Below are positions 49,922 to 59,156 of a stretch of 64,000 bases of DNA, one piece after another. The stretch comes from Patescibacteria group bacterium. GTDB taxonomy: Bacteria > Patescibacteriota > Patescibacteriia > JACRDY01. A model generated the notes under the pieces. That model worked only from the letters and a program-made list of their open reading frames with translations, had not been told where the DNA came from and ran no database searches. The stretch is taken from the NCBI GenBank assembly GCA_041671565.1, contig JBAZBH010000001.1:71552-135551 (forward strand), in the 5' to 3' direction. The stretch's first letter is position 1. The number at the start of each line of letters is the position of its first letter. The position numbers and the translations under genes are program-made.

Positions 49922-51475
49922 TTATTCCCTCTTTTTTCTCAACAATTTATGGTACCCGATGGCAAACCGATGCGCTTCGTCGCGGACTTGTTGGAGAAGT
50001 TTCAGGGCGCCGGAACGGCGGTCGAAGATTACGGGCGCGCTCTGCCCAGGGATAAACACCTCTTCCCGCTTTTTAGCAAGCGAACAAACCGGCAAGTTTA
50101 ATTTTAATTCTTGCAGAACTTTCAACGCCACGCCCAGTTGGCCTTTACCGCCGTCGATCAGGAGCAAATCCGGCTGTTCCCAACCACCATGGCGATAGCG
50201 CCGGCCGATCACTTCTTTAAGCATGGCGTAATCATTCGGTCCGACCACGGTTTTGATTTTAAACCGACGGTAAAGATTTTTGTCCGGCCGGCCGGCCGCA
50301 AACCGGACGCAGGAGCCAACCGCTTCCAGCCCGCTGGTGTTGGAGATATCAAAGCCGTCAATCCGGCGGGGTAGAGCCGGCAAACTCAACCGGCCTTGCA
50401 ATTCAGCTTCCGGGCTGGCAGAAAGTTTGGTTAAGATATTCTCCCGGACCAGATCAAGAATCTGGCGCTTGTCCCCTTTCTGCGGCACCAGTAGATCAAC
50501 CTTGGCGCCTTTTAACTCGGCAAAGTATTTTTTAATTAAAGCTAAATTGGGTAATTTCTCCGGGATTATAATTTCCCGCGGCGCGGGCCGAGTCAGATAA
50601 TACTGCTCCAAAAATCCCGCCAAAACTCCACGGTCATCACTCTCGGCGAGTTGGAGACTGAATTCGTCCCGTGAAGTGACAATCCCCCGCTTGATATTAA
50701 AAACTTGAAATAACGCCTGCTCGCCCACGATGACAAAGTTGATCGCGTCTTGATCATAGCTTTTAGGCAAGGAAACCAGCTGTTTTTCCGACAGCATGCG
50801 GCTGGCATGAATCTGGTCGCGGTAGAGTTTGGCGAGCTCGAAGTTGCGCTCGGCGGCCGCTGTTTTCATCCGGCGCTCCAGCTCGCCGAGCAGGTCGTCT
50901 TTCCGCCCGCGGAGGAACATTTCCGCCAAATGGACATTGCGCCGGTAATCGGCCGCGGAAATTTTCTCCAAATCCCGCGCCCGGATCTCGCTCAGGAGCT
51001 GATAAAGCTCGCGCGCCGAGCGGGAAATAAACTTATCGGTCCGCAGGCCAAACAGCCGCGCCACGGTCAGAAGCAGATACTTGCTCCCCTGGCCGGAAAC
51101 AAACGGCCCGAAATACTTGCCGTCGCGGCCAATCTGCCGAACTCGCGTCAACCGCGGAAATTCTTCGTCCGTGATTTTAATATAAAAATAAGGCTGGTTG
51201 TCTTTCAGCATTAGATTAAACTTGGGCCGGTGCTGGCGGATCAGCCGCGCCTCTAGGATTAAAGCCTCGACTTCGTTGCGAGTGACGATAAACTCAATCG
51301 CGGCAATCTGCCGCACCAGTTCTTCGGTCTTCCAGCTTTGGTTGCGGTTAAAATAACTGCCGACACGCGAGCGGAGGTTTTTGGCTTTGCCGATGTAGAT
51401 GATCTCACCGGAAGAGTTTTTCATCAGATAACAACCGGGGCTGGCAGGAGTTTTGGCTCTAGAAAAAATATACAT
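49922..51475 (-). CDS. uvrC: Excinuclease ABC subunit C
   Basis: PGCYL..IYIGKAKNLRSRV (GIY-YIG), FDISN, IDGGKGQL, RDEAHRFA. Confidence 0.96.
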   Translation of the reverse strand: MYIFSRAKTPASPGCYLMKNSSGEIIYIGKAKNLRSRVGSYFNRNQSWKTEELVRQIAAIEFIVTRNEVEALILEARLIRQHRPKFNLMLKDNQPYFYIKITDEEFPRLTRVRQIGRDGKYFGPFVSGQGSKYLLLTVARLFGLRTDKFISRSARELYQLLSEIRARDLEKISAADYRRNVHLAEMFLRGRKDDLLGELERRMKTAAAERNFELAKLYRDQIHASRMLSEKQLVSLPKSYDQDAINFVIVGEQALFQVFNIKRGIVTSRDEFSLQLAESDDRGVLAGFLEQYYLTRPAPREIIIPEKLPNLALIKKYFAELKGAKVDLLVPQKGDKRQILDLVRENILTKLSASPEAELQGRLSLPALPRRIDGFDISNTSGLEAVGSCVRFAAGRPDKNLYRRFKIKTVVGPNDYAMLKEVIGRRYRHGGWEQPDLLLIDGGKGQLGVALKVLQELKLNLPVCSLAKKREEVFIPGQSAPVIFDRRSGALKLLQQVRDEAHRFAIGYHKLLRKKRE

Positions 51476-51601
51476 AAATCAAAAAATGTCCAAATCCCAA
51501 TGACCAATCAATGTCCAATATCCAAATTTCAATCAAGTTCAAAAGTTAAAAGTTTAAAACCCGAACTAAGGAGTTATTGGTCATTGGGGCTTGGAAATTG
51601 G

Positions 51602-52114
51602 TCATTTTATTTCTATCCAGTACCTCGCCTTCGCCGGCATCCCTCCGCCCTGCTCCACCTGATTCTCCAGCCGCCCGCCGTTCTCTTCTATAATCTTAGC
51701 CGAGCCGAGGTTGGTGACATCGCAAGTCACCAGGACATTTTTTAACCCGAGTTTCTTGGCTTCAACTAAACCGAGCTCCAGAATCTTTTTGCCGTAGCCG
51801 CGGCGGCGCTCACTGGGCCGGATAAAATAACCGATATGCCCGCCGATTTTCAATAAATTGTCGTTCAACTCATGGCGGATGTCCAGCCGGCCGATGAACC
51901 GGTCGTCCTCTACCAGCCAAAACTTAGTCGCTGGCACACGGTCAGCTGGCACATTAATGCCCTGCGACCGGCTTTCCATCTCGGTCAAATAGCCGGCAAA
52001 ATTTTCCCGCGTGACATTCAGCTCGTCATAATGCCGGCCGTCGGTTTTCAACTCCGCCATGGCGGCGAGAAAGCTTTCGCGGTATTTGGCTGAGGGTTTG
52101 ACTAGTTCCGGCAT
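51602..52114 (-). CDS. GNAT family acetyltransferase
   Basis: GGHIGYFIRPSERRRGYG, NLGSAKIIE.NGG. Confidence 0.9.
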   Translation of the reverse strand: MPELVKPSAKYRESFLAAMAELKTDGRHYDELNVTRENFAGYLTEMESRSQGINVPADRVPATKFWLVEDDRFIGRLDIRHELNDNLLKIGGHIGYFIRPSERRRGYGKKILELGLVEAKKLGLKNVLVTCDVTNLGSAKIIEENGGRLENQVEQGGGMPAKARYWIEIK

Positions 52115-52115
52115 A

Positions 52116-52577
52116 TTATTTATTCAGCGACCAAACATTATAAGTCAGATAAGTGGCGAAAGTCACCCAGGCGGCGTAAGGCAAAAGCAAGCCGGCGGCG
52201 AGGCGCGACAGCGGCCAGATCAAAATTATCAGCCCCACCACGCTGAGTCCCAAGGCTCCGGCCTCCCAAACCGCCGCGCCCAGCAGATGCTGGCCGAAAA
52301 ATAAATAACTCCAAGCAAAGTTTAACAAGCCGTTAAGAATAAATAAGCCAAAAATCCAAGCGAGCCGCTCCGGCCGATGACCATTCCAAACCAAAAGCGC
52401 CGAAATTGTGGCGAGGAGAAAAATCACGGTCCAGACCGCGCCGATAACTCCGCCGGCTGGCGTCCAAGCCGGCAGATTAATCGTCCGATACCAAGCCATG
52501 CCCCGGGAAGTGATTAAACTGCCGAACCAAGCGACCGCAATGGTAAACAGCGGGATGAGAAAATAGTTTAGTTTCAT
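52116..52577 (-). CDS. TspO/MBR family protein
   Basis: WYRTINLPAWTP, LNFAWSYLFF, LLLPYAAWVTFATYL. Confidence 0.92.
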   Translation of the reverse strand: MKLNYFLIPLFTIAVAWFGSLITSRGMAWYRTINLPAWTPAGGVIGAVWTVIFLLATISALLVWNGHRPERLAWIFGLFILNGLLNFAWSYLFFGQHLLGAAVWEAGALGLSVVGLIILIWPLSRLAAGLLLPYAAWVTFATYLTYNVWSLNK

Positions 52578-52601
52578 AGACACAACAAAATTATTTAATG
52601 A

Positions 52602-55600
52602 TTATTTTTTCTCTTTTTTACTTTTAACATCCTTTATAATATATGGAACAAGTTTCTCTATAACATAATTAAATAACTCTCGAGAGCCATCAGGACCGCC
52701 GCTGATCTGGTGACCTTTTTCTTCCAAATAAGTTTCCAAAAACTTACCTAAACTCCGTAATTCGGAACGGCACATGCCAATTAAACCAAGCGCCTCGGAA
52801 TAAAAACCGGCTATCTGTGAATCCCGATTGTTGTTTTTATTAATCGCCCGGTCATAAACTTTAATTGGCACTGCCTGGTTACCCCCAGCTTCCAAAATTT
52901 CGTCAATTATCGGCTGAAGCGCCAGCATCTCTTTCTCCTCGGCATTTAGATTTTCTGCCCATTCAAAATTGGTCTCAGAATGAGCCACTTCGTAATCATA
53001 GAGTATGCCGCAGGCCCGCATAGTTTCCGTGATTTTGCTGTTCAGCCGCACCACTCTATACCCCATAAATCGCGCTTCGATCGCCGCCCAATCCTGTCCG
53101 CAGTGGGATTTTAAAACCACTTTTTCCTGGCCATAGCGTTTTTCAAAAACCTGGCGCCAGAGTTCCCTATTCTCAAAAGCGCTACTGGCGGAAATATCTT
53201 GAAATTCAAAATAGCCAGTATCATAGTCGGTTCCGGCCCGGTCCAATAAAGCGGCAACGACTTCTGCGGAGTTAGTCTGGCCCAATAATCTTCCAATATT
53301 TTCTTTCAGATTATTAACTTCCAGCATTTCACGGTCACGGGAAGTGTCTAACGGCAGATCGTAGCTGAAAATCAAATTATCTTTTTCCCGATCAGTTACC
53401 TGAAAACCTTTGACATAAATCTTGCCGCCACCCACTCGGACAATATCACCTTCGGCTGTCGCGTCCAAAGGCTGATAATCTTTGTCAAAATAAAGGACTT
53501 TTTCCTGAATATTTTTTACTGCCTCAATAAATTCCGGCGGTATATCGCGGTAGGTGCTCCGAGAACCAACAATCGGTTTGCGATCTTTAAATTCCGTGAC
53601 TTTAAAAGCCAGTTGTTGCACCCTTTCATTATCTAGATAGACGCCCTTAGCTATAGGCTCGGCCAGCCAATTGCGGGATTCCAATGTTTGTTTGATATTA
53701 TTACGCAAGCAAGCCGCCGCCGCCATCTTCATTCCCTCGCCAAATTGGCCGACGGATTCACGATTTTTAGTTTTAGAACTGGCCAAAAGCTGTAAATGGG
53801 CGACATCAAAACCCCGGCCGTCATCAGAAAATCTTATTGCCTTAATACTCTCGGTTGATGGTTGATTGCCGGCCTGCCAATCCAACCACTCGCCAGCGAC
53901 CAAAAACTGAATTTTAACCTGGCTACCGCCCGAATCGCCCGGCATATGGTTCTGAATGCCGTCCAAAACAATCCGGTCAACGCCCCATTTATCTTTTTCA
54001 TATTCCAATGTCAAGGAAGTGTCTAATTCTTTTTCCACCTCGGTCTCCGCCACATCCCAATCAAATTTCACGCCGGTTGGCCTTAAGGCATCGGCCAGAT
54101 AAAAATTTAATTGAATCGGATTAAAACCCTGCTTCTCGGCCTTCTTGGCCAAGAGCTCATTGCTATAAACTACTGCTTGAGGACCAAAAAAATCTTCGAA
54201 AGCCTGTCGCAAAAGCCGACTGTCTTTAAAATAGTTAGAGCATTCATCAAATTCGTAAACTCCACTATAGTTATAGTTCCCGCCCCCGCCCTTACCAATA
54301 GAATAACTGGTGGGATATTGAAAGGCATAGCCTAATAAAACCCGAAAAACTTCCGCCGAGCGGCAATTTGATAATATCTCGCTTATTCCCTCTCTCATTT
54401 CTTGGGGATTTAACACATTCCGATCACGATTAGGCCTGACATTTTGCAAATTGTAAGATAGTAAACAGTACGGATTGTTTTGCTCTCTGACAAACATGCC
54501 TTTAACATAAATCCAGCTGGGATTTTCCAAAGACATTCCGCCGGCCGAACAGGTCTCTTGCCAAGCGCTTTTATCCACCTCGCCATCCTCGCCAAGATTA
54601 AGAGCTAAAACTTTTTTCTGGATTCTTTGAACTTCCCTGATAAAATCCACATTCAGGGAAGTAAAGATAGTTTCCGAACCGACAATACTCTGATCCTCTT
54701 CAAAATGCTCCACAGTAAAACTCAAAGCTTGTATTTCCTGCTCGTCGATTGCCACTTTGTCTAGAGCCGGCGTTGCCAGCCAGTTGCGGGAACGCAACCT
54801 AACCTGCATACCGTGGCTGAGCGCCGCGGCGCAAATCATTTTTAACCCCTCACCAAACTCACCGACTGATTTTTTGTCATCTTTTTGATGGCTATAGGCA
54901 AACTTAAGTAGATTGGAATTATAACCGCGGCCATCATCGCGAAACCTGATGGCGTCAATCGCCCCCGGCGGTAAATTTTGGCCGGCCTTTAAATCCACCC
55001 ACTGCCCATCAGCCAAAAAAGAAACATCGGTTTTGGTCCCGCCGGAATCAGCGGCTAAATGATTTTGCACGCCGTCCAAAGCAATCCTTTCCGGTCCCCA
55101 CTCTCTGGCATATTTGGCGGTAAAAGAAGTTTCCAGTTTTTCTATTGCTAAAGGCAGGGGGCACTCACCGCTTTCATCGCCCAAAGAATCATCATCAGCC
55201 AGCTGCTTTTCCAGTTCCGCTTGATATTTTTCGCTTAACCACAAGAGAACATAATTTTTAATTTCTTTTTTACTTTTTAAGGCCGCAGGATTAATTTCTT
55301 TTTCCTTAAGAAAAGTTTGAAATTCCTCAGTTTGCAGTTGCGCCGCCAAGCGGTTTTCAAAATCTTTGATAGTCCGCCGATCATGTTTAAATAGCTTTAA
55401 GAGATATTCTGACTTTGGCCCCCGAAAAAATTTAGCTGATAACCGATCAAACGGCGTAACCGGGGTAGCTTTAACTGCCGTCGCCTCGATTGACCGCAAA
55501 TTCTTTAAGTCTTCCAGATATTTATCAAATTGCAGACCATATTTATTTTTTAACTCCGCCTCAGATAACAAAAAATCGTTTTCTTCAAATTCTAAAATAT

Positions 55601-55715
55601 CCTTCCCGGATTCTTGCCTGAACTGGTTAACTCGCTCCAGCTGCTGTTTAAGCACTTTCTTGGGCTTTGGTTCGACTGGCTCTGAAAAAGAAATTTTTTC
55701 CATATGGACTATCAT
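52602..55715 (-). CDS. Large protein with two tandem GHKL-type ATPase modules
   Basis: Duplicated DGxQN / DDGRG / GxFGEG motifs. Confidence 0.75.
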   Translation of the reverse strand: MIVHMEKISFSEPVEPKPKKVLKQQLERVNQFRQESGKDILEFEENDFLLSEAELKNKYGLQFDKYLEDLKNLRSIEATAVKATPVTPFDRLSAKFFRGPKSEYLLKLFKHDRRTIKDFENRLAAQLQTEEFQTFLKEKEINPAALKSKKEIKNYVLLWLSEKYQAELEKQLADDDSLGDESGECPLPLAIEKLETSFTAKYAREWGPERIALDGVQNHLAADSGGTKTDVSFLADGQWVDLKAGQNLPPGAIDAIRFRDDGRGYNSNLLKFAYSHQKDDKKSVGEFGEGLKMICAAALSHGMQVRLRSRNWLATPALDKVAIDEQEIQALSFTVEHFEEDQSIVGSETIFTSLNVDFIREVQRIQKKVLALNLGEDGEVDKSAWQETCSAGGMSLENPSWIYVKGMFVREQNNPYCLLSYNLQNVRPNRDRNVLNPQEMREGISEILSNCRSAEVFRVLLGYAFQYPTSYSIGKGGGGNYNYSGVYEFDECSNYFKDSRLLRQAFEDFFGPQAVVYSNELLAKKAEKQGFNPIQLNFYLADALRPTGVKFDWDVAETEVEKELDTSLTLEYEKDKWGVDRIVLDGIQNHMPGDSGGSQVKIQFLVAGEWLDWQAGNQPSTESIKAIRFSDDGRGFDVAHLQLLASSKTKNRESVGQFGEGMKMAAAACLRNNIKQTLESRNWLAEPIAKGVYLDNERVQQLAFKVTEFKDRKPIVGSRSTYRDIPPEFIEAVKNIQEKVLYFDKDYQPLDATAEGDIVRVGGGKIYVKGFQVTDREKDNLIFSYDLPLDTSRDREMLEVNNLKENIGRLLGQTNSAEVVAALLDRAGTDYDTGYFEFQDISASSAFENRELWRQVFEKRYGQEKVVLKSHCGQDWAAIEARFMGYRVVRLNSKITETMRACGILYDYEVAHSETNFEWAENLNAEEKEMLALQPIIDEILEAGGNQAVPIKVYDRAINKNNNRDSQIAGFYSEALGLIGMCRSELRSLGKFLETYLEEKGHQISGGPDGSRELFNYVIEKLVPYIIKDVKSKKEKK

Positions 55716-56020
55716 TAAACTTATTTAAACTTTTTAAAATTAAAATTCGCGGCCTTGGCGGTTCGCGCCTGTTGGGCCTGCTGAAAACGGAAAACCGCCG
55801 GTGTGCGATAGCCCGGCCGGCCGGAGCGGTTGCCGACTTTAGCGTGGTTCTTCATATGATTTAAGAATGCCTGTAGATTAGCTTTTTGCAGTATAACTTG
55901 GTTAAAATCACATAACACATAACATGGAACAAGGGTGGTTATAGGTCTCTTGTTATGTGTTCCATGTTATGTGATATCTTGGTTATTAGTCTTAACACCA
56001 ATTACCACCATTCTTAAATC

Positions 56021-56485
56021 TTAGTAGTGGTATTCCTTCCCCTTCACAATCGCCACCGCCCGGTAAAGCTGTTCCGCCAGCACCACCCGCGCCAACTCAT
56101 GCGGCAAGGTCAGTTGCGACAAGGCGATTTTGTGCGAATAGGCCTTTTTAATCTCGTCGCTAAAACCCAACGCCCCGCCGATTACCAAAACCAGGGTCTC
56201 GCACTGTTGGTCCAGAAACCGCGCCAATTTCTCGGAAGTCATTTCCGCGCCGCGTTCGTCCAGAAGATAAATCTGATTTTTTTGATATTTACCCAAAAAC
56301 TCCGTCAGCCGTTCGGCTTCTTTAGCTTTAGCGCGAAGGTGGTTAGCGGCGTTAAACGGCTCGGGCCGGAGCTCCGCCATCTCTACTTTAAGATACGGCC
56401 GCAGTCTTTTCAAGTATTCCTCCACGGCCGAACGGTAATGCGGTTCTTTAATTTTGCCAATTGCCAGAATGATTATCTTGGTCAT
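56021..56485 (-). CDS. rlmH: 23S rRNA pseudouridine(1915) N3-methyltransferase
   Basis: EYLKRL, LDERG, IGGALG, TLPHELARVVLAEQLYRA..YHY. Confidence 0.95.
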   Translation of the reverse strand: MTKIIILAIGKIKEPHYRSAVEEYLKRLRPYLKVEMAELRPEPFNAANHLRAKAKEAERLTEFLGKYQKNQIYLLDERGAEMTSEKLARFLDQQCETLVLVIGGALGFSDEIKKAYSHKIALSQLTLPHELARVVLAEQLYRAVAIVKGKEYHY

Positions 56486-56500
56486 ATTTTTGGCCAAAGG

Positions 56501-56529
56501 TTGACATTTTTTAAGATTAATGATAGGTT
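56501..56529 (+). promoter_or_regulatory. Sigma-70 promoter
   Basis: TTGACA-17-TAGGTT with extended TG. Confidence 0.55.
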
Positions 56530-56570
56530 AAAAACAGTTATTTTGAAAACCCACAACTCGGAGGAAAAAC

Positions 56571-56861
56571 ATGAAAATAGTTGAAGCCAAACTAGGCTTT
56601 CGCGATCTCGGCTTTGATCATGCCGTTCAACTGGAGGAAAACGAATTATCGCTGACCAAAAAAGATACTGCAAGGGTTATTGGGTATGCCAAAGCCAATG
56701 GAGCAATGGCTGGCGGCCATGTCTTAGTCCAACTTCCGAATGGCGAGCAACACGAAATCGCAAATTATGCCCAAGGCATGATCGACGATCTCGAAGAACT
56801 CAACCAAGACCTTCTGGAAAGGAGCTACCGATGCAAGCCGTTGGCGCCAATACTAGTATGA
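56571..56861 (+). CDS. Hypothetical protein
   Basis: GGAGG SD and upstream promoter. Confidence 0.65.
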   Translation: MKIVEAKLGFRDLGFDHAVQLEENELSLTKKDTARVIGYAKANGAMAGGHVLVQLPNGEQHEIANYAQGMIDDLEELNQDLLERSYRCKPLAPILV

Positions 56862-57112
56862 ACTCGCGGGGAATCGGCAATGCCGTCCGCCTCGAAGCGG
56901 AAGATTTCCCGATCGGCCAAGGTAAGGTCGAAGAGATCCTCGCTACGGCCAAGGCCGTGGCTGCCATTTTCCCCGGAGAAAACGGCCGGCCACAACTGGT
57001 CATTGAATTCCCAGACGGCAGACAATCGGCCTTCTCGGCTGATCCGAAAATGTTGATAAGGGAAATCAACATTAGTCATGTGGCTAACCACATGATGGCC
57101 GACCTCCCCTGA
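56858..57112 (+). CDS. Hypothetical protein, weakly similar to the upstream ORF
   Basis: ATGA overlap; terminator ccccggtt-caca-aaccgggg at 57141-57170. Confidence 0.6.
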   Translation: MNSRGIGNAVRLEAEDFPIGQGKVEEILATAKAVAAIFPGENGRPQLVIEFPDGRQSAFSADPKMLIREINISHVANHMMADLP

Positions 57113-57170
57113 TCTCAACCCTTCACACACCATTCATTCGCCCCGGTTCACAAAACCGGGGTTGTTTTTT

Positions 57171-57527
57171 TCAAATTACTTTCTGGCCTTTGTCTAAATC
57201 AAACACTTCTTTAATCTCAATCACAATCGCGTTTTTCACTTTAAACTCTTGCTCGCGCTTGGCGGCGATTTTATAATAGCGGCCGCTGGGATAAAGCCGG
57301 GCGCGGCCTTTGATCCGATAATACTCGCCGTTCTTCCGGCCGACTACGCACACCGCCGGATTCTCCTTAATATTTCTGACCGTGGTTTTCATTTGGCAAT
57401 CATTAACTAAAAGCTTTCGACCAATAAAACCTTGGGAAATTGCCACCACGGCGTTCGGCCGGCCGGCTTTGGAACTGGTCACTAGAACAATCTCTTCACG
57501 ATTTTGTAAGGTTTTTTGCCAAGCCAT
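57171..57527 (-). CDS. Pyridoxamine 5'-phosphate oxidase-like FMN-binding protein
   Basis: LVTSSKAGRPN, KTTVRNIKENPAV, YRIKGRA. Confidence 0.8.
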   Translation of the reverse strand: MAWQKTLQNREEIVLVTSSKAGRPNAVVAISQGFIGRKLLVNDCQMKTTVRNIKENPAVCVVGRKNGEYYRIKGRARLYPSGRYYKIAAKREQEFKVKNAIVIEIKEVFDLDKGQKVI

Positions 57528-57690
57528 AAAAATAATAAAAATAGGACTTACCTGCTTATTTTAGCATAAAACCAGTTAATCCGGAAAAGGGTTGACAAAA
57601 AGGCGTTAGGGGTGGTAAATTAGGATATTAACCTGATAAAGCATTAATTTGAAAGATTTGTTCGTTAACAACCAATTGGGAGGCGTTAAA

Positions 57691-58284
57691 ATGGCAGCAT
57701 TAAATTTTGTCGTTATCGACGGCATAATCTACCCGGCCGGCGATAAACCGACCAACTGTCCCCAACCAACGACTTGTATCCAAACTTTCAGATATGATCG
57801 TACGGCAATTCAAATTCTTCGCCATCTAGCTGGACTTGATGACGAAGTATTCTGTGGTCACAAAAAACTTTGCTGGCGAGATTGCCAGCTGGACTGTCCG
57901 GCGAAGAAACAAATGGAGGCGGCGCTAAAGTCGCCGAATAAGGAGGAAACCTTGAAAAAGCAATTTGTAAAAATTATTCCTGCTACCTATCATAACGGCG
58001 GAATCGGTAGCACCCAGACCTGGGTCAACGGAAAAAAATCCACCAGCGTCGGCACGGTCGTGGCCGGGCGGTCATACGATCTGGGAGTACTTGACTTGAT
58101 GGAAACCATCACCATCACCACCGGCTATCTGGTCGTCAACGGCATGAGGTATTGCGCCGGTCAGGTGATCAGGCTACGCAAAGGCCAAAAGGTGACCCTG
58201 GAAGTTAAAAATGGCCTTTCGGCCGACTACCGTTGCGTCTACGGCAATCTCCGCTATCGCCGTAGTTTGCCCGGTCTTGCCTGA
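57691..58284 (+). CDS. Hypothetical protein
   Basis: TTGACA at 57592, GGAGG SD, ATG 57691, terminator hairpin at 58307-58341. Confidence 0.65.
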   Translation: MAALNFVVIDGIIYPAGDKPTNCPQPTTCIQTFRYDRTAIQILRHLAGLDDEVFCGHKKLCWRDCQLDCPAKKQMEAALKSPNKEETLKKQFVKIIPATYHNGGIGSTQTWVNGKKSTSVGTVVAGRSYDLGVLDLMETITITTGYLVVNGMRYCAGQVIRLRKGQKVTLEVKNGLSADYRCVYGNLRYRRSLPGLA

Positions 58285-58339
58285 TAATTTACTTCATTCA
58301 TCACCCTGCCCGTCGATTCATTTCGATGGGCGGTTTTTT

Positions 58340-58969
58340 TTAGTTAAAATTATTCCTATCCCTCTCCCACAGCAAAGGGTTATCTCGGATATATTCCACG
58401 ATATTGTTATAATCATCCTCGTTACTGATAATATGCTCATAATAATTCCTCTGCCATAGCCGATGATTAAACGGCAACCAATGGTTTTGTTTAACCTGTT
58501 TGATATATTCATTAGTGGTCATAGTTTTAAACCATTGGATAAATTGAGGCACGCCTCGTAGGGGCGGACCCGTGTGTCCGCCCCGAACAAGGGTGTTTCC
58601 GGCCATAACAAATTTATTACCGTCCATGGATACAGGTTCTGAACAAACGGCCGAGTTTGAACAAATCCCAGGGCGGACACGCGGGTCCGCCCCTACAACA
58701 CCCATGATCTCAATAATGGCGTGTAAATGGTTAGGCATAATGACAAATGGGCCTAATTTGATGCCAGGGAATTTCTTTTCCAATTTTAGCCACCAATCCA
58801 AGACCAGCCTGCCAGCTTGGTTTAAAACCATCTGTCTGTCTTTAATCTCGCCAAATAGGTGTTTCTTATCTTGGGTGCAAAGGGTAATAAAATAATCGCC
58901 TGACTGGGTGTAATCGTAGGTGGCAAGGCGAATGGAATGGCGATGATGGAGGTTGGGTTGATAAGGCAT
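58340..58969 (-). mobile_element. REP-associated tyrosine transposase (RAYT, Y1 HUH family)
   Basis: RHSIRL..YDY..YFITLCT, VIMPNHLH (HUH), WQRNYYEHII, YIRDNP. Confidence 0.9.
58558..58696. repeat. Inverted pair of GTAG-type REP sequences inside the RAYT ORF
   Basis: gtaggggcggacccgtgtgtccgccc at 58558-58583; reverse-complement copy at 58671-58696 with 1 mismatch. Confidence 0.85.
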
Positions 58970-59156
58970 ATTAACCCCACCTTAACATACCAATTCTAAA
59001 CTAAATCTAAACTAATCATTAAATATTTCTAAACTTTTTATTAACTAATTCTAAACTCGCCTAAATACCAAAAAAACTGGCGAAAATTCCAGTTTTAATG
59101 AGCGCCAAGTTTAGAAAGGAGTTTTCCTCTGTACTCTGCACTCCGCACTCTGTACT

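Noticed and set aside
49922-49990. UvrC lacking the C-terminal HhH domain as a pseudogene
   Set aside because: The ORF ends cleanly after the RNase H-like domain with no downstream remnant, so a naturally short form is plausible.
55721-55918. 65-aa ORF
   Set aside because: Its 5' part is repeat DNA; a 44-aa basic ORF from 55855 is possible but unsupported.
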